Below are positions 49,263-63,979 of a stretch of 64,000 nt of DNA, in pieces. Source of the DNA: Haliotis rubra. Lineage: Eukaryota. Both the position numbers and the translations under genes were made by a program. Every line of letters begins with the position of its first letter. Position 1 is the stretch's first letter. The stretch covers positions 1-64,000 of the forward strand of contig NW_025765438.1 in NCBI RefSeq assembly GCF_003918875.1, written 5' to 3'. The notes beneath the pieces were generated by a model. The model was given only the letters and a program-made list of their open reading frames with translations, did not search any database and was not told where the DNA came from.

Positions 49263-52200
49263 ATGAAGACAACACACGACGTAGACCGTGGATATGCCTA
49301 TGTCATTCTGCTGGCCTCGTACTGTGTGATGTTCATCTGTGGGGTGTTGGTGTACTCCACTGGGGTGATGAACACCGCAATCTTGAAAGAAGTTGACAGC
49401 GACCTCTCACGGACGTCATGGGTTGGCTCGACACTACTGGGGACCTTCACCTTCATTGGGTATGGTTAAGAGAATGTAACATACATGTTGCCAAATATAC
49501 CGTTAGCTTGGCTTCTCGTACCTGTGAGGACCCGCCTAAGAATGATTGGTTTTCAGCAACCCATGTTTGCCGTAAGAGGTGATTAACCGGATCGGGTGGT
49601 CAGGTTCGGTGACTTGGTTGATGCATGCCATCGTATCCCAATTGCATTGATCGATATTTATGGCATCAATCACTTGATTCTCTGATTCAGAGTTTAATAT
49701 TTATAGACCGCCGTCCCAGGGCCCATGCAGGAAGAAAATGCACTGTAAGTCACCATGGTCCCCAGTATGCTGGTCTACCTTCAGTTGTTGGCAATAGCCT
49801 GTTTTATATTGTATTGTCTTCTATAGTTAAAAGTTTTTAGTTTTTCATACTAGTTTTATATCTTCACCTGTGATGCTCTACTTATTTTACTGTCCTTCGT
49901 TGACAGGGTTTTATTATTTAACTATATTTATTACGGCTTTATTTCTTATTCTACTCCTCGTCACGATATGGCTGCAATATTGCCGATGTGACGTTAAATT
50001 TCACTTCCCTCACTCACTCACAGACCGCCGTCATATAGCTGAAATATCAAATGACAAACTGACATCCATGTACATAATTATTTTCAAAGTACAGATTCAG
50101 GATATTTGTCATTGGGGACTAACATTAATAGATTTGAGCCGCAGAATATGTTCTTTAAATAAATACACAGAGGCAACACATATACAAATAGGGTCAGATT
50201 AGTCTATTTTCAACAGTCTGAAGGACAATTATTTTTTAAACAATTCCTGGGACAATATATTTTTCGATGTAACAGGGTCACAATACCCTCCCACCCTGAC
50301 TCAGTTCTTCACACAATGAATACACGTCCAAGCAGACACCAGGCATTCAGTGTGAAGGACATACACAACGTGAACCATTTTCCAGGTCCCCTGGCGGGTC
50401 TGATCACAAAGAAACTCGGCTGCAGGCTGTCCTGTTTCGGAGGAGGAATGCTAATTTTGCTGGGACTCGCTGCGGCATCGTTTGTTCATGACGTTACTGG
50501 ACTCATCATTACATATGGAGTCATTGCAGGTGATCGTAGGAAGTACTAACCACCATAGCATGCATACTGATGTGTTAGAAATTCAGCTCCAAATATGTTG
50601 AACAATTACACGCTTTTTCAATGAAGCAACATTTCACTGGATAGGTCAATCCACAGAAAACAGCAGTGCATCAAATTGTAATAATCATTTTATGTGCATC
50701 ATTATTTTGTCGATTTCAAGACAACTATTTCCCTACATGCTGATTACCCATTACTCTCAATGTGCGAGAAAGATTCCATAGCATGGAACAATATCAGGAA
50801 AAACAAGCCATTGAGATCTGATGTATTTGTTCATGTTGTATCCGTTCGCTCGTTAGTTCTTTCATTTGATCTTCATTTATTGTCCTGGATTTTTCAGGGT
50901 TTGGCGTTGGTCTGGGGCTGAATTCCGCTGGCGTAGCTCCTGGCCATTACTTTATCAAAAAACGAGGTCTGGCGTTTGGCGTGACTGTATCAGGTGCTGG
51001 TATGGGCATGTTTGCAGGAGGTCCTCTATGTCAGATACTGGTCGAGGAGTACGGTTTAAGTGGCTGTCTTCTCATCTTAGGCGCCATCGCCTCCAATATG
51101 TGTGTTGCAGCCTGCCTCCTCAGACCCGCACCAAGCACCAAGCAGGAGATTATCATAGAAACCAAACATGAAGCGGACACTGGCATATCAGAAACATTCT
51201 TCAACGAGTCAGCTATATCAAAGCAAAAAAATGCGTGTTGATAGTGTCGACAGTGTTGATAGTGTCGCATCTGTAATAAAACCATTGATGTTGGACAATT
51301 GTAGTAATAGTGGTGGTGCAGTTCAACATTCCACGAACTATCGGGAAAAACAAATCAGAGTTGGACATAATGTAAAATGTGTTACATCGGAATGAGCTGT
51401 TCACTTCAAGTAATGAGGATGAAGGCTTCCTTGACCAGCGTAACCACATGGGCATGGAATCCAAAGAATATCGTTCACACAATAGTTCGGTTTATGAGGA
51501 AAAATCACCTGATCCTTTCCGAAATTGCCTCAAACGGATTAGAAGAATAACTATACTAAACAAATATGGTTTCATGAGCTATTGTGTCAGTTATCTGTTC
51601 TGGGCACTCGGGGAAGGAGCATGTCTGTTCCACCTTCCCAACTATGCCGAACATAAAGGCAGTACAGAAACTCAAGCAGCTAGTCTTTTACGGTCATGGA
51701 GTGACAAGTCTTAGTTCAAGACTCCTGACAGGGTTTGCAGGAAATGATGTCTCGGTGGATTACATGACACTTCACATGGGACTTCTGGGAATCTCTGGAC
51801 TCCTAACACTGTGTTTTCCACTTTTCTCAAACTCCTACGTTCTTCAGATGACATTTAGTGCTGCATATGGGATGTATAGTGGCGGCCCTAACTCTCTTGT
51901 CAGCCCAATAACGATAGAGCTTGTGGGTTTGAAGCATTTAGCTGTTGGAGTAGGGATCGAAAACTTCTTTTGTGGAATTGGTTTCTTCGCTGGCCCTCCT
52001 ATTGCAAGTTGGTATACCGTTAAATTTCTCGCTAATTGTATGTTTTATGAATTCTTGATAATTCTTTGCAATAATTCTTGCAAAGAAGAGTACTCTAAAT
52101 ATTGAGAAATGTCTTTAATTGAACCTATATATTTCGAATGTTAAATTTCACTTTGAATATGTTTTCAATTTGTTACTCAAGGTAGGAAAATGAACGGCAG

Positions 52201-53825
52201 TCATAAACGAGTAATGATAACGTGGGACTTCCTCTGAAAAATAGCTGATCGGTTACCAGAGGATATGTTCTTATTAACGCATTTTTCCAAAATGAATAAC
52301 CATTTCGATTGGCACTATCTTCGAATAAATTCTGTATTTCAGGTTTCATATATTCAGCGACAAGGTGTTACGACTTCACGTTCGTATTTGCAGGTGAGAT
52401 CAATACACTAAAGACATAAAGTTCTTTCCAAACAGTTTTTAAAATCTATTAAGAAAACAAGGAATTTATAATACTATGTTTAGAAAGCTTCGAGAGATGA
52501 TATTCCCAGGCTTCACAATATCTGGAACGTTGTCCTTCAGTTTAGGGAGGTGTTGAAAGTTTGGGAGAATTGAAAGCTGTTGGCAGCAGTTTATGGTACT
52601 TTTGGAAATTTAGTGAATAACAGTCCTCCCTTGTTAGTTCATGTACGTGCAGATCACAACTTACATGTACATCATATCCTGGAACCAAATAGCTTCCACG
52701 AAAACGAGGTAGGTCTGTCAAAGTTCAGTCTTCCTTTGTCCACTTCATTAAACACATACAAATCAAGATCCTGACATCCAGCACCCCATGCTTGTCGTAA
52801 GAGCGGATTTACGGGAGCGGGTGATCAGAATCGCTGGATCATAGTATCCCATCTGCGTATATAGATGCTCATGGTGTCAATCACTGGTCCAGACTCGATT
52901 ATTTACAGAATATTGATCTTCAGTAACCCATGCTTGTCGTAAGAGGCGACGGACGGGATCGGGTGGTCAGGCTTGCTGACTTGGTTGACACATGTCATCG
53001 GTTTCCAATTGCGCAGATCGATGCTTATGCTGTTGATCACTCGATGGTCTGGTCCAGACTTGGTTATTTACAGACCGCCGTCATAAAGCTGGAATATTGC
53101 TGTGTGGGCGTATAACTAAACTCACTAACTCACTATTTACAGACCGCCGCCATAAAGCTGGAATATTGTTGTTGTTGTCCCTTGTTCATTCATTTGCCAG
53201 TAAATGGTGCTGTTTGTTCCAGCCTATTTGTAGTTCATGCGGCAGCTATCTTGCGGCGTCTGAACAAGTAGTTAGATATGCTATATTTGAGCTTAACTTG
53301 GATGGGCTAATTTTAATTTGGTAGACTCATTATCTATTCATGAAGAAGCTAAGTGTCTGTTGAAATACATTTATTAAAAAGCATCGTGACAATTCCAATA
53401 TATATACTGTTTCGTGTGAGTCTCATGGTTTGGAATATGTTAACGTATGGCCTGTTAATTTGCACAAAGATAATTACACTTAATATATTATGACAGTGTT
53501 TGGAGATTTTCTTTTCACTATAACATGGTATTCAAGATCTTAAAATTGTTATTAACTGTTCGTGCGACATGAATAATGTTTTTCACACAAATCACTTCCT
53601 TGAACTGCCAACCAAACAGCTATGATTATTCAAACGCATTTTAGGGCAATGAAATGGTAGGTATTTTATGTATCATTTTCAACTTGATTATACATGTACA
53701 AAGCTGACTGTTGTTTTTTAGGATTACTTCTGCTACTTGCGGCATTCTTTGGTGCCCTTGTGGCAATATTTGGGAAGCACAGGCAACAGATGCAAGGTGT
53801 TCAGGCACCACATGAAGTAAAATAG
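49263..53825 (+). pseudogene. SLC16/monocarboxylate-transporter-like MFS gene, copy 1, several frameshifts; exons ~49263-49459, 50386-50529, 50898-52007, 52343-52393, 53722-53825
   Basis: DRGYAY, GPLAG, YFIKKRGLAFG; relative to copy 2 there is an extra base at the exon 1 donor and indels near 51230, 51390 and 51690. Confidence 0.8.
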
Positions 53826-56051
53826 GCTGTGGATGTGTCTTTGAAAGGATTGACAAGGATTGCCACAACATATGAGCTGACGTTCAAGGAAGTGACAGTC
53901 GAGAGGCTGCTCCTCCATGACAACCCCTACTACCAATGCCTTTACCTAGCAAGGACACCGTAGGTCGAAATGTATGACATGATTAACAGTTAACAATTCA
54001 ATTTATAAAACAATTATGAAATGACCTCAAATCACGTTGTTTCTTTTCTCTACAAAAGAAATCAGATAAGGAATACAAAAGAAATATTACTCTTTAGCGT
54101 AAGAATTGTTTGTATGTTGTTCCAAAATACGTAGTGGTAGTCCATACACAATCCTATGTTATACGTTAAGAGTGTTTCCTTTGTTCGAGTCACCTCTCAC
54201 AAACACGATCTCTGAAGCTGGAGAGAGCGCATAGCGGGAATATTGATGATTAAACAATGAAAAGAAAGAAACGATTCTGTGTGTCAATTGTTTCCTTTGT
54301 TCCATTCACCTCTCACAGGCACGATCACTGGACTGAGCGGGGTACACCAGATATGGGTTTCACACATTGTATCCATGTAGGGAATCGAACCCGGGTCTTA
54401 AACGAGACAAGCGAACGCTGTAACCATCGGGCTACCCTACCGACCATGGAACCTGGAATAAAGGGCATTGAAGCGTAAACATATCCACGTCAATGTCTAA
54501 TAATACCAAGTCTCGATTTACCGATGACGCCAGTCATTTGTTTGCAATGAATGCCATACATACAGTAGAGGTGTAGTTAGTTTATTAAACCGACACTTGG
54601 GCTCGTGAATACTTATGGATAAATCATAATACATGTGAAGACTTGCCAGAAGTCCAGAATACCGAGGCGGCGAGGATAAATCGGGTGGATACCCAGTCGG
54701 CGAGGATAAATCGGGTGGAAGTCTTAGCTGTGTCACATGGAATGTGTAGGACTGGCGTGTTCACAACGTCATGGTTGAAAGACAAGTGGGTCACTGCTAA
54801 AGGTTGGTCTATACTTTTAGCTTCACATTTCACACGATGAAGATGTTTGTTGAATCGCAAGATTTAGTTATGATATTCGAATGTACACACGATTTGTTTG
54901 TTGTTATCTGAAACAGAGATGTGGTGTTCAAATGGATGACTACATAAATAACATGGAATCACCCAAGGGGATCCACAAGGTGTAGTGTATTGAGTAGCAG
55001 GCGTGTGTTCGTCGACAAGACAGCGGCTGACTATCTGTGAAGGGACGTTATTGTTGAATGTCAATGTGCACGGGGAGAACGAGATTGAATCGGAGGTGAG
55101 TCAGTTTCCAATGCAGGTGAATAGTGGGTAGGGGGCGAGACGGCAGCTGCTACTGAGAAGGGACCTACGTCAGGTGGCAAAGTTCGTACTTTTTCAGTGT
55201 AGTGACTTCTTTGAGAGGCATTTAGAAGTAGGAGTACAAGGAAGTATTAGATGTACGGTAGCATAACCTCATTGCAATAGGTGGGACGTTTTGGTGTTGG
55301 TTCTGACACCGTTACCAAGCAGAAAACTTCGTTCATATTGTAATAAGGATGTTCTATGTGCATATATGTTATTTTTTTATTTTATGATTGTAGGATATTT
55401 ATAAAGCGCACATATCCAGGCAACTAGTGCATGCTCAAGGCGCTGGTATTTTTCCCTCGATCATTGGATGTCAGTCTCAACGGCACATCGTATTATCCGT
55501 CCCTGCATCATAGTGGTTGAGTCTCTGTAAACAGAGGTCTCAGGCTGGGGGATTATAGCATCTACCTGGCGGGATAGTGTCTGACTCTGAATGTGTATGT
55601 GTCGACAATAGTGAAATATAGTGTGTATGGCGACATGGTTTATGAATCTCAATAATCGTATTGGCGAGATAGAACGCAGTGGATTTAGGTGAAATAGACT
55701 TTGTTATTGTCTTCGAATATATCGAGAGTGTACGGAAGCACATTAATACCACTGTATATCGACATATACATCCACTTACATCTACGTGAACGGTACTAAC
55801 ATCTACTTAGGAGATACTTTTATCCACGGGGAAAATACTGCATCTGGGTAGATGATACTTTCAACTATGTACACGATATTTCTCTATACATAAATTATAC
55901 TTACATGTACTTAGATCAATTTATTCGGGCTCGGCTTTTTTTCACCATAACGCTGATACTTTGAAACGATTATAATTGTAAAAATAAAATACAGAAAAGG
56001 CCAAATGAAAACCATGAAAGTCTCTCTCCCTCACATGCACACATACGCACG

Positions 56052-56086
<35 letters not shown>

Positions 56087-56664
56087 TTGAAAAATCTATA
56101 TCTAACGCATGCTTAAACTATACCCAACTAGAATCGTAAGTCTCAGTAACGTCACCATTATAATGTCATATATTAAGGACATGAAAGTATCTTCTCCGAA
56201 GAAGAGAGTATCTTTCACACAAAGGAAATAATCTTCAAGATAGATAAAAGTATCGTCTACGTATGTACTATCTTCTATTTTGAATAACGCTTGGACATGC
56301 ATCTCCTTTAATTAGTGACTCTATAGGATTATCCAAAGGAGAATTGTCGTTTTTAGTATCTCGTATGTAGGAGGCAATGGTGGTCACATTTCACATGATA
56401 AATAATGTAGAAAAACACGGTGAAGAACATGAATGACAGGTTTTACAATGACCACGTACCAATCTGGTGTCTGTTGTTTGGGCAGGCTGTGTATACCTTT
56501 TGCAATTTAGTATATTTTAGTTCACAAGTGTTCTTCCCACATATACGTCTAGTGTTTACTGCGTGGACAGAAGGGCGTGATAGCATGGTATTTTAAACTA
56601 TCAAACTAAAATGCAGTTGTGTATGCAAACGTCATGAAATGTTTCCCCGCTTTCACGTGTCAGA

Positions 56665-59600
56665 ATGAAGCCAACACATGATGTAGACCGTGGATATGCC
56701 TGGGTCGTTCTGTTCGCCTCATTCTGTGCGATGTTCATCTGTGGGATGATGGTGTATTCGACTGGGGTCATCAATACCGCCATCTTGGAGGAAGTTGACA
56801 GCGACCTCTCGCGGACGTCATGGGTTGGCTCGACAATGCTAGGGACCTTCACCTTCATGGGTATGATTAATAAGATACTTTTAAAATACACTGTAGGTCT
56901 AGCTTCCTTGTGGACCTAAATGCATTTTATACAAGGTCATCTCCGGCCGCTGTAGGTTCTTAAAGATAGTTAGTTTGATGAAACAAAATGATTCGAATTA
57001 ACTTCTTCTAGTTCGCTAGTCACGACGAGTAAGTGAGTGAGTGAGTGAGTTTTAGTTTTACGCCGCTGTAAGCATTATTCCAGCAATATCAGGGCGGCGG
57101 GGGACACCAGAAATGGGCTTTACACATTTTACCCATGTGGGGAATCGAACTCGGGTCTTCGGCGTGAAGAGCGAACGCTTTAACCACTAGGCTACCCAAC
57201 CGCCCCCTAGTCACGACGAAGGCCCGGGTTGATTCCCTACATGGATACAATGTGCGGATCCCATTTCTGGTGTCCACGCAGTGATAATGCTGTAATATTG
57301 CTAAAAGCGGCGTAAAACTAAACTCACCGACTCACTCACTAAGTACTGTTGATGTGTCTTTGAATTCGTCACCCACTCCATTTTACATGGAATGCATTTT
57401 ATTAACTCTTTTTTTTCAGATACGCTGATCTTATCCCGCCTTTATCATTAAGAAATCATTTTCGACATTTTCGTTGAAAGTTTACTTATATTCGCAATTA
57501 ATTTCCGATTACAACTGTAACTCCATAATCACAATTCTCCTTGCTTCAGTATTTCTTTGGCTTATGTGAGTAAGCACTCTTTGTTTCTTTGTTGTTAAAC
57601 GCCTCTCATCACTGGCTAATCAAGATAGTATAATCAAAATAACCAAGTCTGGAACAAACAATCTAGTGATTGACATTATAAGCATCGATGTTCGGAGTTG
57701 GTATACGATGACATCTATCAACCATATCAGCGAGCCTGACCACTTCTTACGCAACGGGGTGAAAACGAACCAAGAGAAAAAACATTCAAACAAAAACCAA
57801 GCATTCACTGTGAACTATTCTCCAGGTCCTTTGGCGGGTCTGATCACCAAGAAACTGGGCTACAGGTTAGCCTGTTTCGGGGGAGGAGTACTCATCCTGA
57901 TGGGACTCGCTGCAGCATCCTTTGTTCATGACGTCACCGGACTCATCATAACATACGGAGTTATTGGAGGTGATCACGAGATGTATAGTCAATAATAAAT
58001 TTCTTGGAAAGCAAGTTGACGCTTCAGTAATCCTGGTGCTAAAAGTACGTTGAAGGGTCACAGATTGTTACACAACAAGCTTGGGCATAGGTATACAAAG
58101 AAGAACGGTTCCATCGTCTTAAGTACAGTAGCACTACTTATTACCATACTAAATTAATTTAGTACATTTTAGACAACAACATTTGACATATGTATAGGTA
58201 ATCGATGTATCGTTTTGTAATTATCCAATAATTTAACTATGTGCTAAAGAATTTAATTAAAATGCCAGAAAAACTACACAAAAAGAACAAGCTACTGTTC
58301 TACCTCAATCTGTATATATTCGGTTGTTAGTTGACTCGTTCATTCCGTCTGTTCGTAATTCATTGTCCTTTATATTGTCGATTTCAAGACAACTATTTCC
58401 CTACATGCTGATTACCCATTACTCTCAATGAGCGAGAAAGATTCCATAGCATGGAACAATATCAAGAAAAACAAGCCACTGAGATCTGATGTATTTGTTC
58501 ATGTTGTATTCGTTCGCTCGTTAGTTCTTTCATTTGATCTTCATTTATTGTCCTGGATTTTTCAGGGTTTGGCGTTGGACTAGGGCTGAATTCCTCGGGT
58601 GTAGCTCCTGGCCATTATTTTGTCAAAAAACGAAGTCTGGCGTTTGGTGTGACTGTATCAGGTGCTGGTATGGGCATGTGTACTGGAGGTCCTCTATGTC
58701 AGATGCTGATCCAGGAGTACAGACTCAGTGGCTGTCTTCTTATCTTGGGCGCTATCGCCTCCAATATGTGTGTTGCAGCCTGCCTCCTGAGACCCGTCCC
58801 AAGCACCAGAAAGAAAATGACAGATGACACCAACCATCAAGCGGGCACAGGCATTTCAGAAACATCTTTCAAAGATACAGCAATATCAAGAGAAGAATGT
58901 TTTGTCGACAGTGTAGAATTCATATCTGCAGTAGAACCACTGGTGACTGACAATTGTAGTGGTGGGACTGCACAACATTCCATGAATCATCAGGAAAACC
59001 ACATTAAATCGAAACATAAAGGTAACACGTTAGAAGGGAAGTTTCTCCCTTTGACATCCACTGATGACGAAGAATGCTTCATAGGTGCATCCAACAATTC
59101 TGGTAAGATGACCAAAGACAATAACACACACTGTAGTTCATGTTACGAGAAAGGATCGCCGAACCCTTTCAGAAATTGCCTCAAACGCATAAGGAGAATA
59201 ACTATACTAAACAAATATGGATTCATCAGCTACTGTCTTAGTTTTCTGTTCTGGGCACTCGGGGAAGGAGCATGTCTGTTCCACCTTCCCAACTATGCCG
59301 AACATAAAGGCAGTACAGAAACTCAAGCAGCTAGTCTGTTCACGGTCATGGGGGTGGGAAGTGTCATTTCTAGGCTCCTGACAGGGTTTGCTGGAAGTGA
59401 TGCCTCGGTGGATTATGTGACACTTCACATGGGACTTTTGGGAATGTCTGGACTCCTAACACTGTGTTTTCCTCTTTACTCAAACACCTACGTTCTTCAG
59501 ATGACATTTAGTGCTGCATATGGGCTGTATAGTGGTGGTCTTAACACTCTTATCTGCCCAATAACCATAGAACTAATGGGCTTGAAGCATTTAGCTATTG

Positions 59601-60724
59601 GATCGGGCATCGGGAACTTCTTTCGTGGAATTGGTTTCTTCGCTGGCCCTCCTCTTTCAAGTTAGTATTTTCCTTTCATATAATTTTGACCTTTCTCGTC
59701 ATATTATATTTTATTTGAAAAAATCAAATGGAAATGAATACGCATTTTTTTGCAACCATTAAGAGACCTCTGAAAACAGAATATGATTCTTTTTATTTGA
59801 TTTTATCTTGTGACACTCAGAGAACACGTGGCAGTCGTGAAAGCACAAGTCTAAGTGGATGATTCAGGTTGACCTAAACCAGGTGGATATTGTATCATAA
59901 ACGCTGATTAGCTGCTGTTATCTGATAACCTATGTTACGAATGGCCATTTTGCCCATTTGCATTAACTTTTGGAAAACTTCTCCATTTCAGGTTTCATAT
60001 ATTCAGCGACAAGGCGTTATGACTTTACGTTCGTATTTGCAGGTAAATTCAATAAATCACTTAGAACACTGAGAAAAATAACGTAATTTCCAAAATATAT
60101 TTAAAATATGTGATTCAAAATAAAGTATTTCGATGATTGAAAACCTGATACTTCTAAGCTTTTAATGTATGGCAACACCCGATAGTATTCCCAGACTTAA
60201 CATGCTGCCATTAACAATAGAAAAGGAAATAATTAAAATCTATGATGTACATATTTGATCGTAGCAAGTACATATCTTAAAACAATGTATCGTTGTGCCC
60301 GATGGTTGCAAATACTCATACAACATACTTACGATTTGAATTTAAAATGAGCATTAAAATCATAAGCAATGCTTTTTTTCATGTGTATATAAACATTTGT
60401 GTTAGTTTCTCGGAATCGTTTTGGTTGGTTTGTAGAATCCTGGCATTGATTATGCATGCAATCTGAATGCGGAACTGCAGCCACGTCACATAGTGCCAAA
60501 CCAAATAACTAACAAACCTAGAAGTGATAATGATTCAAAAATGGTTTCTCTTGACCACTTGATTGGAAACGTACAAAGCTGTTTTTGGTTTTGCAGGAAC
60601 TATTCTCCTGCTTGGGGCATTCTTTGGTGCCTTGGTGGGAATCTTTGGGAAACCATCGCAACAGATGCAAAATATTGACAAGTCTGAGGAAGTTCAAGAG
60701 GCTATTGAAGAGTCTCCAAAGTGA
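56665..60724 (+). CDS. SLC16/monocarboxylate-transporter-like MFS protein, copy 2, ~537 aa; exons 56665-56860, 57826-57969, 58566-59660, 59992-60042, 60597-60724
   Basis: MCT motifs DRGYAW and YFVKKRSLAFG; 12-TM layout with a long central loop; all junctions GT-AG phase 1; open frame. Confidence 0.9.
57029..57206 (-). mobile_element. Family A SINE nested inside an older + strand family A SINE (~57010-57340)
   Basis: TSD ctagtcacgacga at 57016-57028 and 57207-57219. Confidence 0.88.
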
Positions 60725-62098
60725 TAGGATGGGTGATATCCACAGCAAGTCTGAGTTGACGTTCAAAGAGCTCCGCTCCACAAGGTGGCTGCCAATGCAG
60801 CAATGACACCAATGCTACCTCATCAGTTGCCTTGCCAATACATGATCGGTCGAAATGTGCGACAGAAAGAATAGTTAACGCATCTTCATGATACAATTAT
60901 GGAATATTCAAAAACAACATTTTTGTTTGTTTGTATTTTTTCTCTTCAGGAGAATTCAGAAATGGAATAACATATGAAATATCTATGACTATTTGCTTTG
61001 TTAACATCACAGTGTAACTAATTCATATCGAGAGCTTTTCTGTTTTACCACAATATTGCCATGGCCTGCTGGTTTAACAACAGATATAACCGGTGAAGAT
61101 CCGGGTACAAAGTAGAATTGAACAAAACATGCTTGTCGTAAGTGGATCGCTGGCTTGTTTGACACATGTCATCGTATCCCAGTTACGTAGATCGATGTTC
61201 ATGCTATTGGTCACTGGGTTGTCTGGTCCAGACTCGATTATCAACAGACCGCCGTCATGGTGGGAATATTTCTGATAAACAAAACGACAGATATGTAGTC
61301 CGTTTGAGTCAAAATCTCCCCCAATGAATTGCACTCTAACTCAAAAACAAAGAATCGTAAATTACCCAAACCAACGGAAAGGTAAATAGGAAATACACAC
61401 CAATCCTGCAGAATTGTGTCATAAATTTTGTCTACAAAATAGAAAAGTCGTTTAACAAGCTATCATTGTTTTCATTTGCTTTATCACGATTTGTGACAAG
61501 GATGTAGCGACAGCTCAGGTGACAGCCATTTAAGCGTGAGACACGTGCAAATTTGTCACGTGACTGTTTATCCTACTGATTGAGCGATTGATTCATCTCA
61601 CACAAGTTCACTTGTGATGCTACGTTACTCAAACGGATCGTACCTTTGAATACACTTCAGAACGTTGTCCAATGTGACAATGCGATCTAACATCCGATGG
61701 CTTCTTCAAAAATGAAATTAAGACTGGTAGCCTAGTGTGCATACTTTGTGTAGCCCCCTGACATAAGGTAACTGGAGCTGCTCCGAAGGCCGAAAGCTGT
61801 ACATGCACGTTATCATATAGAAAGTGATCTAATGCCACAAATGTTATAGTTGGGATTATACTTTCTCAGTAAAGTGATGATTCTATTACGTACAGGGATT
61901 CGCCTTCACACTCTCACCAGTAAGGCACCAATTAGTCACCACACAAATTCTGCGATCTTACCCACTCAGCCACCGTGCCTTCAAAAACAAAATATGAAAG
62001 CCCGGCAACTGGTAATCCAGTCCATGTACTTTGTATACCTGTATCTCGCTATATTCCAGAATAACCCACTTTGCTTCAATTCACCTTCCACAAAGCGA

Positions 62099-62264
62099 GG
62101 GGCGGTGGGGTAGCCTAGTGGTTAAAACGTTGGCTCGTCACGCCGAAGACCCGGGCTCGAATCCCCACATGGGTACAATGTGAGAAGCCCATTTCTGGTT
62201 TCCCTCGCCGTGATGTTGCTGGAATATTGCTAAAAACAGCGTAAAACCAAACTCAGTCAGTCAG
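62099..62264 (+). mobile_element. Family A tRNA-SINE with 12-bp TSD; another copy at ~62385-62545
   Basis: TSD tccacaaagcga at 62087-62098 and 62265-62276. Confidence 0.9.
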
Positions 62265-63939
62265 TCCACAAAGCGATCGTAAGTCTAACCCGGCCGCCGT
62301 AGTGGTTGCATTGCTTCGTAATACAGGGACCAGATCGTCCACCGGTGTATCCTGTTTCCTTTTTTTAAGTATTTCCTTTGAGCAGGGGCTGTGGCTAGCC
62401 TAGTGCTCAAAGCGGTCGCTCGTCACGCCGAAGACCCGGGTTTAATTCCCCACATGGGTTCAGTGTGTGAAGTCCATTTCTGGTGTTCCCCGCCGTGATG
62501 TTGCCAAAATATTGCTAAAAGCTGCTAAAAAAGTCACCCACTCATAAAATAAAAGTATATATTGTCCAGGCAAGACATTTCCTCCTGAAAGTTAATGGAT
62601 TAGTACAATTAAGTTGATAATATATCTGAGGAGAATAGTATGAATGTACTCATTCGCGCTACATCAAAATTAACATGAAATTGGGCGTTGCATTTCGGTG
62701 AGCGTGTCCTGCCTCCAGAGTAACACAAAGGCATGTGAATTGTCCACCAGAAAAACACACGGGAATATATGATAAAAATCAAAGAAATGCAACGGCCATA
62801 CATTTGGTCACTGAGCTATGTCAAATTTGGTAATGTGTTCCACATGTCTCCTCTGAAACATTTCAACCTTGTGGAATCACCCGCCAACATCCCTCAAAAA
62901 CGATAGCTGCAAACCGTTCCTTCCTTCAAATAAAAATAATCTAAAGACTTATCTCTTTCAAAAGACTTTTCTCTTACATTCACCTTGTCTGAGCAGCGCA
63001 CACAGCATGCTACTTTGTGAACAGATGTGCTGTAATAATGCACATATTATTATAATATGCAAGGGCATACGATAACTGCCATACTGCTCAGTTCACTGAA
63101 CATGCGAACTGAAAGGCTGCCGATGTGAATGAACGTGTCGATCTCGCGCGACGTGCCAAGTCCCGAACGACAACAATCACAATAGCCACTACGCTGAGGA
63201 CAGAGACACGCACATAAATCAACCTGACCTACTTTCCCGCTACGACAAACTCACAGTAAGGTCAGGTTAACCTATAGCATAGTTTGTTCCCGTTCACAAA
63301 GACGCATACTGCATTGGTTATATTCAGTTGCTTGTTCAGTGAAGCATGTTGGGGTAAACGAACGCACAGCCTCACGGCTCGTTTCTATGTGTCTCGCTTT
63401 GCCTCTTCTCCGACGCGGTGTGATATATGTAAACTAGTTTTTTAAAGCAGTCTCAAGCCAGATTTAATTACTTCGATGTAAACTAACATTTACAAATATA
63501 GTGTTCTGCAGTTGGGTGGGAATTTGGGGGAAAAGTAGACTAACGCTTAGTCTCTGAATGTATATAATTTTGATAGTAACAAACAATACTCAAACATACA
63601 ACTCAAATATATTAAGTTATTGAACCTGGTGCACCAGAACGACGTGAACGATAGCCAGACTCACCCGTAAATATCCTAGGTCTCAGCAACCCATGTGCTT
63701 GAACTGTCGTAGATTAACGGGATCTTGTTTCACTGTATTTCATCAGTTCACAGACCTAGTGCTGTTGATCACTGGAGAAAGACGATTATTTGAACCGCCG
63801 CCATAGCTGGAATATTGCTAGTGCGGCAAAACTAAACTCAGACTTCATACAGACATGAACAGGGATAAAGTAATAACAACATGTTACTTAATCCCTGTTC
63901 ATGTATATATGTCTGTTCTGTGCTGTAGTACTTCACTCT

Positions 63940-63979
63940 TGCTTGACAACGGTGTAAGGATCCATACCGAAACGTCGCA
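63940..63979 (+). ncRNA. Minimal hammerhead ribozyme variant (U3-A8 core), Penelope pLTR-type
   Basis: tgc-TTGACAA-c-ggtgt-aaggatcc-atacc-GAAA-cGTC-gca, followed by aataaaagaagtt. Confidence 0.65.
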
